DNA of 64,000 bases from Daphnia carinata (taxonomy: Eukaryota). Position 1 is the stretch's first letter. Every line of letters begins with the position of its first letter. The stretch is from contig NC_081333.1 of assembly GCF_022539665.2 (NCBI RefSeq), positions 124,001 through 188,000 of the forward strand, in the 5' to 3' direction. Made by a program: the position numbers and the translations under genes. Shown here piece by piece: positions 50,244-62,274 of the stretch. The notes below the pieces were generated by a model. The model was not told where the DNA came from and ran no database searches. It saw only the letters and a list, made by a program, of their open reading frames with translations.

Positions 50244-53200
50244 ATGGACGAAGAATTATTGCCGGCCGGAATGGCACCCATTACCGTAGTTCCTAGCACC
50301 AGTTACTCATCAACAGCACCGACAAGTCCGTCCATTTATCCAAATTTACAACCCGAAATGGCGACCGAAGAGCCATCGGCTGGACGGCGGGGAAATCCTT
50401 CGTCTCCGATGGCCAACCGACCGCAGGAAATGATTGCCGAAGAAGTGCTTTCGAATAACGGCCAATTAAAGAATCAACCGAGCACTAGCTATCTGAGTGG
50501 CAACGTCAATTACAATGGCGGCAATGTCACATTTCATTCGGCGCCGCATCGGCCTAAAAACAATCGCAAAAAGTCGCGTAAATTGACTTTAACTCAAGTC
50601 TGTTCGGACGAAGCTGCTTTGAAATCACCTAAAATCATCCAGCATCATCCGCCGGAACCGACTTCACCCCCGCCGATGAAGCCCATGGATCCGGATCGAA
50701 TTTCCAATAATTCAAGTTTGATTGGGTTTGAATCGGATAATTCAGGCACGTCGGCGTCGACTTTGTCTTCGTCCTCTTCACTTAAATCGGGACCCGAACG
50801 TAAAATCAATCGAATCTTTTCCATGTTGCAATCGATGCAGCAAACGTTCATGCAACAACAGCAGCAGCCACAACAACAACAACAACAACAACAGCTACAA
50901 CTGAAACAGAAAAACCCCGAACCGATTTACGAGCAGCCCAATCAATCATCGGGCAGTATGGCTTCCGGTATGGATACGATCCAGGCAAACGATCGTCGAG
51001 GTCAACAGCTGCGCATGGATTTGCAACAATCGTCTGCTTCCGCCCCCCCCAGGCAATTGCTGTACGGTCTGGGCAGAAGTCAAGATTCTTTAATGACTTC
51101 GCGGATATCTGGCCCGCACGGCAATAAGATTTACATGGCGCCCAACATTGGTGGTGCCAATGCCAATAACAAAGGGCCCATTTACGCCAGTTGGAATGGC
51201 TCGCAATGTTCGGGATTCACGTGCACGACAGTGACGAGTGACGGAGCATCGCCACCGCTAACACACGCCATGCCTTTCCACAAAGACGGATGGTATGTCT
51301 TTTTTTGTGTTTTTTTTTTTTTTTTTTTTTTTGTATTTGTTTGTTGTCTGCTACAAGTTGAGTAATGAGAATGTCAACTGCCATCTATGTGTCACTGGAT
51401 GAAACCCGCCTCCTGTCATGAGCTTAAAATGGTGTGCAAAGTTCACACGTGAATTTCTTGTTTCGTTTTCCTGCTACGGTTTGTTTTCTTTCGTAATTAC
51501 AGGACGTCGCTTTTCATCGTGGGCAGCTCAACCTACGCCCAACTCCTGATCGTCATCTGCATCGTGGCGGCCCTGTCCGAAGTCGTCACTCACAACGTCC
51601 CGTTCCTCTATTTTGAGGTCAGTTTTGCTCAATCTCAATGTCGCCTAGCCTACATCCATCACCTAGACTTTCACTTTTCAGCGGGGCGGGCATGAAATTC
51701 CATTCTCTATATGCCAGATATTTGTTTTGGTTTTCTTCTATTCATCACGTGCTCTAGATTTCGCTGTGTTTAGTCATAACGGCAGTTTTTTTTTATAGAA
51801 AGCGTGCAGGGCCGTTTTTTTCGGGTTAAGTTCGGCCACACCTTTTAAAGGGGGACACAGACACACATAAGAGAAAGATCGTCCGCTTAAAAATAGATAC
51901 CCCCCTGCTCGATTCCATGAACTCAAGTCATCATCGTTAACCCGGTGAAAGTGATACATCAACAATGTAATTTTCTCGAAAAATGGGTTTTCGATTCGCC
52001 GAAACAAGTCTTTTTTTTTCTTGTTGTTACACTCTACAAAAAAATTCGAAATGACCTCAAGGAAGAGAAAAGGAGAAATTGATTCAAATAATTAAAGATG
52101 AACAAATATCGTCTGCAGTTTCTTTGTTTGGTTCTTGTTTTTTGCGCGCGCGCTTTTACAGTGACAGAACAAAGGAAAGGCAAACAACAAACGCAAATAC
52201 GTTGAATGCATTTTTTCAGTAGTCATTAAGACGCTGCAATAAGCAGTACGTCCAAATGTTCGTCGGGTGTAGATTATAAAACTAGAACAGACGAGGTGGT
52301 CACGTTTTTGTTTTTCCTTGTGTTTTTAATTACCCCCAAGTGCTACAATCTCGTACTCGAGCAAAGATGTTTTGGGCTGATGAACAATTTCACGTACCCC
52401 AGAAGGACGTGTGTGCAACCTAGGTGACTTGTTTACAACCTGTAACTAACGTACACACTCTAAATTGTACATACTTGGATCGAGAGATACAAGTGGTTAA
52501 AAAAAAAAAGAGAGAGAGAACTAGGCTAACCTTAAACTTTATTCTTTTGATCTTTTAGTTTTCAATTCTTTTAGTAGTGGCATAGGACCTCCCAAAGAAA
52601 CACATTCTCTCTTTTTTTTTTAAGATTGGATAGTTTTGATTGACCTTCTCTCCTTCATCGACGAGAAATCTAGTACTCCAATTTTTTTTTTGCTGTCCGT
52701 TTTTTTGTGTGTCAAATGCCATGACATTTTGGGGTCCTTGAAGATATTTCCATGCAAATTGGCTGTTCCTTCTCAAAGGACAACCATTTTTTCTGCACTT
52801 TGATTGAGTGTTGCGTAGTCCAATGAGCTATTTGTCCGTGCAACACGAAATTAAGGTCGAATTTATTCCCCCTAGTGTAAAAATTAGACAATTTGATTTA
52901 AAAACGTAGTTAAATATCTCGTTGTGTACACCTAAAAATGGTATTTGTCTGCAGTCTGTTGAAACATTGTTGTCAGCAGACGAAAAGGAGAGAGAAACCG
53001 GCTTTTATTTACGTCTGCACGACGATGTTGGTGGACAATTCTTTCAGTCTTATTGATTTCCTTAGATAATAACCATCAAAAGTCAACGAGCAAAAGTGAC
53101 AGTTTCTTTCTGTTGTTAATTACGAGCTAAATAGTTTCAGTCAAATAGCGATGCGCTTCACTGGCTCTTTTCATTTTTACTTGTTGCAGAATCGAAGTTT

Positions 53201-56200
53201 GCGAGAAAAAAAAATGGCTTGAATGAAGGAGAGCAAAAACAAATTTCTCTTTTTCTTTTTTTTTATATTCCAAAGAAGAAATGACAAAGTTTTTTTCTGC
53301 TGTCGTCATTCAATTGCCAATAATAGTTGAGTCAGAGCCTGAAATGTTGGAAGTAGAAAACGTCATCCTGCATAACCTTTAATAAAATGTAGGTTAATGA
53401 AAAACCCGTTCATTGGTGCTACCCATTTTCCTTGGAACGCCGAATGACAGCAACAGTTGCCTACATAGCCCATAGGCCTGTGTACAAATCCATTTGCCAC
53501 GTGACACGTAATCACGTCCGTGGCCTCTTTGTAAGGCTGATATAAAAAAAAAAGAAAATTTGATTCGAAAAACAGTGGGCTGTCATAGCCCACTGTCTCA
53601 TTAAATAATTGAATCTCAAGTAGTTGTGAAATTAATTAACTCTAAAAAGATACATATCTGATGAGAAAGAGTTGTAAGCTGAAACGCCCAGCGCAAAACA
53701 AAAGAGGTAATTCATCATCATTGAAATATTGCAACGTGTACCATCTCTTTTAAATTCCTTTTTGCTTTTGTTCCAGCACGTTCGATGAAATTCCGTCTCA
53801 ATTCCTGGCTGGGCTCTTTATTTTCAGTAAAATACCTACACCTGTTCATGACGTAATTAAACTCAAACCTTAAAAAGAAAAACAATAGCCTGCGGTATAG
53901 CCAAATAGCTTGGCTCGCTATTTGCATACCAGCAGTTCAACAAGCAACGCAGTTGCATGTTACGTTCAAAAGGAGTTGAAAAGAGAGCAAAATTTCGTGG
54001 AAATTGCAAACGTGTTCGGGCCATTCTTTCTTTTTGGGCTTTTTTAAAGTTTATCCCAAATGCATAATTTTACAGGGAGGTAAATGTTGTTCCTCTAGGC
54101 TGTACGGTGCATGCATATATTTTTCTTTTTTCTTTATTCAAATGATATCATTTTCAGCTTTAATTTAGTCGTCTGCATAGGATTCGTGAGAACATAATAA
54201 GGGCGTTATCCTGTCAGCACATTTGTGCCATAGGGTGACGTTTACAAATTTTCCATGTGGCAATCATATGCAAATGTATTACAAACAAGTGACTGATGGC
54301 TGTTTTTACTTTTCAAATTTCATAGACTTTCTTCGCCTTCTTATACACCGTTTCGATCGTGTTCTTTCTGTACGTGTTCGGCTATTTATTGCGATCGAAA
54401 CGACGCCGAGAGGAGAAGAAACGCTTGAGGAAATTAAGCCGATGGAGGGAATCGAACATGGCCAACCCGACGACGACCACCGAAGATGAAACCAGCGATT
54501 ACGACGCTGTACGCAATCCCGATTCCAGCATATCGGTCGAGAACGAGATCGTCTCCGCTCCGACGCCTTTACGTCGATTCTTCAATCAATTCAGCGCCGA
54601 ACGGAGCGGCGAGCGCAGGAGATTCAGCCGAACGGATCCGGTCGACATGGACGACTCGTCGAAAGGCGTCAGTCAGAATCCGCATCCATCGTCGCGCAAA
54701 AGCAGCGCCACGAAGCAATGGATGCCGCAGAATTTCGGCCTGAGCGTAGGAGACTCGCCCAACGAGATCGTCTCCTACAGCACGATGAACAGCAACAGCG
54801 ACATTGTCACAAACACCAGCGGCGCTGCCAACGGTCGAAAGGCGAGGAAAACTAAAGTCTCCGATAATGAGCACAGCCATGGAAGTCTGTTCTTGAGGGC
54901 CGGCGCTGTGGCTTTCGGGCTGGGCACTATGATTTATGACGGGCTGGAATTCGGTGCCTTTCTCGAAGTGCCGCCCGATTCGCCTTGTTTCGCTTTGCTG
55001 CGTGGCATCAATCCGCTTCTGCACGCAGCCTTTGTCTTCCTCCAAATGTACTTCATCTTCGTGTCCGCCAGGGTATGGCATTAACTATTCGTTTTTAAAA
55101 CTGTTCATTTTCATTATTATTATTATTTTTTCAGCTCAACATTCACAAATTCAAAGTGATTGCTCGTTTCGGATTGATGCACTGCGTTGCCACCAACATT
55201 TGCGTTTGGATTCGGACGTTGGTTAGAGAATCGTTGAAAGAGATCAATGGTCATTATCATTATTACGATAAAATTGCCAAGAGCCAACAACTGCAGCAAA
55301 GCCAACCGGTTGTCGATGGCTATGAATCCGTTTCCAACGCTTTCCTACATCACATTGTCGAGGCTGTAGCCGCCGCGGCCGGAAGCGATGAAAGTTTCGA
55401 AGGAGGAAATTCAGCCCTTTTTGATATAGGTATCAATGTTCTGTAGTTAATTGTATCAGTGTTTTAAAAAAATCAAATGTGTTTCAAATGGACAGTGAAT
55501 GAAACTTTGGGCGATGCGCTCATCGGCGTTGCGACGTCAGCCGCACCGACTGTTGCAGCCGTTAAGAGTAAAAAAGAAATTAGCTTGTGGGAATTGACGG
55601 GCAATGTCTCGTGCGGCCGTCGCATTTTCCTGGGCAACATCATCATGGACGCTGCTCCGTTCCTCTATCCTTTCCTCATTGAATATTCGCTCATTGGCGC
55701 TGCAGTTCTCTACGTCATTTGGGAACACATTGGCCTCAACCCAAAGTATTTCAATCCGTTGATAAAAAGTTCAAACTTGACTAAGCATTTTCGATTTTTT
55801 TAGGTACAAGACGGAAGAGAACAACCGAGGCATTAAAGACGAATCGATTTGGAACAGCAAAACTCGGCAATTGAGAGTCGATTGTGTTGGAGCTTCAAAG
55901 GGACTCTTTATTGGCCTCTTTTTCCTGACAGCGTCGCTCCTCTGTCTCGTTTTATTCTTCATTTTTGTGCCCATGCCGCAATTCAAACGACTGGGACTCA
56001 TCCTGGGCGACGCGGCCCATTGCACTTTGCTTATCGTTTCCATCTTCGCCATGGCGTTAGGCGCATACAGGTAATCATTTCATGATACATTCAGATGATC
56101 TTGTCTGTATTCAATTAATATAAATATATTTTTTTTAAATACAGAGCCCGGCATTTGCATTTCCATTCGGAGCACATGGAAGAGCTGGGCAACATTTTGC

Positions 56201-56676
56201 TTCGTGTTTCTGCCCTTGGGATTTTCGCCTATTCCGTCTTCTCGATGATCGCCGGAGCACTGGCCAATCCGTCGACAGACGAACCGCCACTCTTGGTCCT
56301 CATCACCGGCCTCTTGTCCGTCATTGAAGTGACGGTACAAATGCTTTTCATTTCGGACATGTCGAGACGCAGTGTCAACACAGCCGAACAGGATTTGGAG
56401 AAACCAGGCCGACAGTGCGTCACTTTTTTGTTGATAACCAACATGACTCTTTGGCTTGTCTACACTTTCGAAATGCAAAAAGTCGAAGCTAATCCCGTTC
56501 AGCTGAATTTTTATGGATTTCTGCCTTGGGCTATTATTCAACGCATCACGCTACCGCTCTGCATCTTTTATCGCTTTCATTCGGCTATTGTCTACTCGGA
56601 AATTTGGAAGAACTCTTATCGATACCATGCCCCTTCGGACGAAACGATGGCGCCCGGTGGATCTGAAATGAATTAA
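50244..56676 (+). CDS. OTOP: Otopetrin-family proton channel, paralog B
   Basis: Exons 50244-51292, 51503-51617, 54326-55072, 55135-55429, 55496-55745, 55804-56070, 56145-56676. Same intron positions and phases as paralog A, and the same motifs (HGSLFLRAGAVAFGLG, PFLYPFLIEYSLI, TLPLCIFYRFHS). Confidence 0.95.
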
Positions 56677-57825
56677 AACGCCTTCCTTTGTGTTAAAAAT
56701 GTCAACTATTAGATAAGGCGTCTGCATGTTTACATAGTTCCCTTGTATATTTTGGACGATTTTTCAATCTTTCCTTATCCTATCATTTTTTTTTCATTTA
56801 CATCAACATAAAACTAATGGTTGTTGGGATATTAGATCCCCACATGTCACCATGAACGTAAAAAATGTGCTGCCTTTTTCGCATGTCCATTTTGATATAA
56901 TTTCTTATAGGACTGGTTGAAAATGGGGCGTATCATGTGAGTTCCACGAACTCGTAATACTATATCATAGTGTAGGCAATAGATCAGGTGCAATGACGTG
57001 TTCATATCAGATAAAAAGAAGTAGGTGCGTTTTGTACATTTCCGGATCGATTAGACAGGCGGATATTCCATCAAGTAATAACAGTTTATACCCTGCAATC
57101 TTCTGCAAAAATAATTGGCTTTTTTTCTTATGTATGTAGTGCGATTTTTTGTATTTAAAGATGATTCTGTTTTCGCATTCCTAATGCTGATATGATTTGA
57201 AGAATGTCACTTCCAGAAGAAATTTCTCATTGTTCTCTCTATTTATTAGTGATAAGACAACAGTCGGGTGTGGAGTTATTGACTGCCTCGTTTTAAACAG
57301 TAATAATCTGAATTTGAGGAAAAAGACATGACGAAGAAGGGAGAATGAAGAAAGAGGGATTTCTTTTATAGAAAAAAAAAAGGTGGAGTAGCTAGTGTGA
57401 CTTGAATCGCAACAGTTGAGTTCTCCACAGTAGTGTGTGCGTAATAGGCCTCACAGGAACCAACCTCAATACCGGGTATCCCCACCCCGGCTCTCGGCAG
57501 TTTTTTGACCCAGATGGATCTGTAACCTAGCGGATTAGATATATTGGATCTCTTCTAACGGACGGTCCTCTTCTTTTTCTTCTTTTTCTTCTTCTCCTCT
57601 CGTTGTTCCAACGTGTACAACTGCCTTACATAGTCACGTGATTTACCAACATATCCATGCGTGTGTACTGGGGTACACATTCACGAATATCATAGTAATG
57701 GATGGGGGACCATCCTCACGGAAATGCTCATCGACAATTATGTACCTAACTCCGTACTAGGCCACCCGGACGGTTTGCACCTAGCCAACTCCATGATATG
57801 TACCACGACACACATGCAATACTGC

Positions 57826-58985
57826 AGGCTCAACCGCTGATTCAAGCCGGCTGTATGACTAGAATGTCTAATGAAAGGTACTTAGCGATCAGACCTGTCA
57901 TCCAGCCACCTTTCATTCGACATTCAGTCGCCTTTAGCACTAAGGAAGGTTCCTTAGTCACTAGCTTACTCCACCTCATCAATAGATGATTTCTCAACCT
58001 TTATATACAGTGAATTCTGGGATCAAAACACTGTTTACAACATGGCCACCCGGACGGTAAGTTAATGGCTATAACTGTGCAATTATTTCGACATATATGA
58101 AAACGAAACAGTGAACATTAATTTTTAACTTTAGTTTTCACCTTCTGTCAAGAAATAAAGATGATTTTTTAAAATTTTGAAATACAAAACGACTTTTATT
58201 AGGATGAATGTATATTGCATCCGTAGCCTAGCGGCAGATGTCGACACTATTATTCAAGGTCATCTCCGTCATCATGTTCGTCTGCAGAATGATCTAGAGT
58301 GTGATCTTTTAGTGTTTTAGCTCAAATGAGTGCAGCCAACCGTGTTCAGGACTAGATTCGGTATTTTATTCCTGACAACTCAGTTGCGTAGACTTCTTCT
58401 TTTTCTCCTTTTCTATTTCTGCATTTCTGATTTCTAATGTCTCACGTTTACCGTGGAAATCAGGAAAGGTTTGATTTTCATTCCAACATGTTGTATCGAT
58501 AGTTATTGATGTTGGCGTTGGCCGTTGCCATGCCGTACCCTGAATATGAGGCTCCCATCGTTGTCTCACCGGAGTTGCTGGATGCTGTGGCACCTGTGGA
58601 CGAGCTGGCCGCACCATACGAATTGGCTGAAGGTGAAAAGGTCGACGAGCGTTATCGTCCCAATTACGATCACCAAGCAATTAATGAGAGAATCCAATTC
58701 ATTTTGAAAGTGAACATTTGAATGTTTTCGTCTTCTTTCAAGATATCAAGATGATTTGTTAAACACTGTGGGCTCAACTGCTGATCCAAGCCGGCTGTAT
58801 GACCTAATGAAAAGTTCTTAGCGCTTAGATCTGTCATCCAGCCATCTTTCATTCTACACTCAGCCGCCCTATAGTAAGAAGGACAGTTTCTTAATCACTA
58901 GTTTGCCCCAACCCAATTACTAATTGTTTCACCAATGTTAATATACCGTGAAACGTAGAGTGTAAAACACTTCTGGTGAAATCGC
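57826..58985 (+). repeat. Diverged ~200-bp direct repeat (57826-58030 and 58770-58970), LTR-remnant-like
   Basis: CTCAAC.GCTGAT.CAAGCCGGCTGTATGAC...CTGTCATCCAGCCA.CTTTCATTC is shared by both copies. Copy 1 ends ...TACAACA followed by PBS-like TGGCCACCCGGACGG; GGCCACCCGGACGGT also occurs at ~57760. Confidence 0.6.
58503..58721 (+). CDS. Exon or fragment of a small secreted acidic protein (possibly truncated)
   Basis: After an AG acceptor: LLMLALAVA-MPYPEYEAPIVVSPELLDAVAPVDELAAPYELAEG..., i.e. the end of a signal peptide plus an acidic Pro/Ala-rich segment. No convincing first or last exon found. Confidence 0.4.
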   Translation, partial: LLMLALAVAMPYPEYEAPIVVSPELLDAVAPVDELAAPYELAEGEKVDERYRPNYDHQAINERIQFILKVNI

Positions 58986-59581
58986 CATTATGACAGCAAA
59001 GAAATGGAAGAATATAATTTTGGAAATGCATCAAAGCAAAATAAAAAAGTGAAATTTATTAGTTAACTTATATTCCTTTCGTTTAAAGGAACATGAAAAC
59101 AACATGATGAACTACCTTTTTATAAAAACGAGTTTTAATTTGTGAACACAGTACGGAATACCGTTTGACCCATTTTTATACAGACAACTTGTGCTGTGCG
59201 ACCATTTGGGTGTGATACACGCGTCTAGCATTTCTAATTGGCTCTCCAATCTCGGTTGACGTACCGTCTGCATCATGATGTTGATCAAGTGACACCCCCC
59301 CCCCCCGCTTTTTGTATAGACACTGATAAAAGTACAAGAACACCGCCAATACACAACCGAAAGGAAGCAAAATTTTGAAACAACGTAACTGATTTAATTA
59401 AAGGTATAAATTTTTTTGTATTTCTGTATTTCATGTATATTATTACCGTATCAATCCACATCGACACTCAACATTTAAATCGAGACCACCACCAAAACCG
59501 GTTGGGCATAATAAACCCACCTTACCCTTGTCTCATGACATGATTTCTCGTCGTAGATGCATTGTGTCTCTTTCAAGAATT

Positions 59582-59988
59582 TCACCAACCGTATCCAGCC
59601 CAACGATGACCATAATAACGATACGGTCTATGTACGTGGTGTAAAACAAAAATCGTTTCATTGCCTGTCAATGTTTACATTACAAAATTACGTTTACAGA
59701 TCGCCTACCCATAAACTGGTCTGTGTGCATCGTACTGGTATGGATAGCCGTAATACGGATAGCGTCCGTATCCGTATCCATACAAAAACTCGTTTAACAA
59801 TCCAAGCGCTCCGCCTAATTGTCTCTTTTGGCGAATGTCCTCCGTTTCATCATCAGCAAACGTCACGGCCACAATCACCAAAAGAACCACACAAATAGGG
59901 CTTATCTGCAAATTGTTACGTATAAGTTAGATTTAAATTTCGACAACACTAATAGAATTGTCTTAAGTGTGAATACCAGGCGACTCAT
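59582..59988 (-). CDS. Gly/Tyr-rich secreted prepropeptide 1
   Basis: Exons 59988-59977, 59905-59709, 59627-59582: MSRLISPICVVLLVIVAVTFA-DDETEDIRQKR-QLGGALGLLNEFLYGYGYGRYPYYGYPYQYDAHRPVYGPYRYYGHRWAGYGW*. TATATAAA at ~60058-60066. Confidence 0.85.
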
Positions 59989-61116
59989 CTCGTTGCGCTA
60001 GAGAGCGAATCGAAACATAACAAAGGAATAAGATGAAAGAGAATCACCTCACACGCCATTTATATAACCGGCATGATATGCTGGAGATTCTCGGCTGATT
60101 TTGCCAGCTGAAAGGCATATAAGGAAAAAGGTCGGACTTGTCACGAAAGTCATTGAAATGCCGCTGGCGTTTTCTCCCCTTTTGTTTTATTCTTCTTCCA
60201 AATTCAATCCGAGTCAGGAATCCATATTTGGTTAGGTGATTTTCGTGCGTCGATGGATCAGAAGTTTTTCGGAGCCGCGGCCATACATGTTTTTCTTGTG
60301 TGCGGCATCGGAACGCGGCTGAAAGAAAGGCTATTTTCTCGATCTTTTATTAGTAGGTGCATTTTTTATTTGACATGACGTTGTTGTTATATTCGTATAG
60401 CTCGTTGGTTATGTGACGTCGTATCACGAATGGCGATTACGTGTGTAGAAATGTAATGACCGCAGGATGACCGTGAAAAAGGTCACCTTGAAACAAGATA
60501 AGAAACTAAAAGTATTTGAATCGTCCAACAAATGAAGTATGCACGCAATCTCCAAACACGTCCTTTAGTTTTAGGCAAACGTCATGCGTCAGGTGTGTTC
60601 ACGCACGTTATACGCAAGTCTTGGGTAGATGCTAATTTTTCCCATTCGTGGAGATGTTGAAAATTTGTGCTGTCAGTCTTTCCAATGCGTTCTGTTGAAA
60701 AATGCTGAATACAGTTTCGTTTTTCTCCATAACAGCACTGGCTGGCTGCCTATTCGATCCTTTAAATCACCTCGTTTATTCCGAAAAGCTGTTGAATGTA
60801 GAAATATAGTCTCCTTGTGTTTGAATGTAAATGATAAATTGCAAGAAGTATTTCCCCATTTAAACGATAACTTTGTCCGTGACGATTGCAGTCGAAATAA
60901 ATTTTAAGTAAAATGGTTATTTAAAAAGCCAACATTTATAACGTTTATTGAACTGAATATTACAGGTGAAAAGAATAAAAATAATGAAGTTTTCTGTGCG
61001 TATAACGTGCAGTGTTCTCTTTCCAAATTCGGGAAAAACGATCCTCTTCGATGAAAGCAATTCATATATCCACAGGAATACAAGTGGGCAGCAATGCACA
61101 TTGCTATCTTGCAATC

Positions 61117-61583
61117 TTACCAGTAATAGTGGCCTCTGCTTACACATAGAAAGCAATATTTTAAATTATTCCGAAAGATGAATTTCTATTAGTAAAGCAC
61201 AAAGATACCCGTATCCATAACCACCATATGGTCCATGGTGGCCGTAGGCATGGGGATAGCGTCCATATCCGCCATAGTAAGCTGAACGACCTAAGCCATA
61301 ACCGTATCCAGCTCCAAGAGCTTTCCCTATCAAGAGTCCAGCAAGAAATTGCCGTTTGGGTCTTACGTTTTCAACTGCTGGATTTGCTGGGACTACGGCG
61401 GAAACTGCAGGATCTTTGACTTCAACTGGAATGGCGGAACAAAACGCCACTATTACAGCAAGGAAAAAGGCCACCTTGTAAACATGGGGCATATGGTGAG
61501 AATGAATAATACAAAAATTAAAAATTAATTTGAATGGTTATCGTGCTTATGAAACATACCAAGAAAAAGTGACTGCGCGACAT
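61117..61583 (-). CDS. Gly/Tyr-rich secreted prepropeptide 2
   Basis: Exons 61583-61560, 61474-61209, 61135-61117: MSRSHFFLVAFFLAVIVAFCSA-IPVEVKD...VRPKR-QFLAGLLIGKALGAGYGYGLGRSAYYGGYGRYPHAYGHHGPYGGYGYGGHYYW*. TATATAAG at ~61647-61654. Confidence 0.85.
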
Positions 61584-62274
61584 GATGTCTGTCACGTTTG
61601 TGGGTAAACGCTTAAATGCGGTACTATCGTAGAGGGAAGTTCGCTACTTATATATTCAACTGTCAAGGCCGCGTGAAAAAAATACTATTGCCAAGGTACA
61701 GTTTACTGCATATAATGAAGCCATTGAGTTTCGAGACAACATGGAAAACACTCAAGGACTGGTTGCATAACTTCCTTCATTCCTTTCGCTCTTCTATACC
61801 TAAGATCAGCTCCTTCCTGCCACTTTCATTACGTATAGCTTTGAAGCTGTGAAACATCACGTTGACGAAGCAACTTTTTTTCACTAGAAAACAATTATCA
61901 GCATGTCTTTAATTGAGCGGATAAAACTAGGATGTGGGAATGACGGTTACTTTTGTCCGTTAAAGACTTTGACAGGGGATGAACAGACACTTTCAGAAAG
62001 TAATTATTTAATATAGCAAAAATCTCAACCGAAACTCAAAATCACATTTTCAGTAAATGTCGGTACATGATCATCGATACATCGAAATAGGCCCGACTAT
62101 TCAAGTCCGATTTTTCGGACAAAAAAACAAAATGCGTTTAGTCTTGAATAACTCATTAACTATAAATACTAAATCAAACGAAATCAATTTCCGACACATC
62201 GTTAAATTTGAACAAAATGGAATCAAAAAAGGTTTTAGGGAAACTATATTAAACTTAGAATAATTTAAAAACAA

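Noticed and set aside
54569..55081. 170-aa minus-strand ORF and similar antisense ORFs over otopetrin and CPT1 exons
   Set aside because: Shadows of GC-rich coding exons; no independent motifs or splice structure.
57500..57800. Telomerase RNA (ACCTAAC/TAACCTAG near a pseudoknot)
   Set aside because: The matches are too short for a convincing TTAGG template, and the region is duplicated and repeat-like.
57860..57900. Hammerhead ribozyme (CTAATGA resembles CUGAUGA)
   Set aside because: No GAAA core after a stem II, and no compatible three-way junction.
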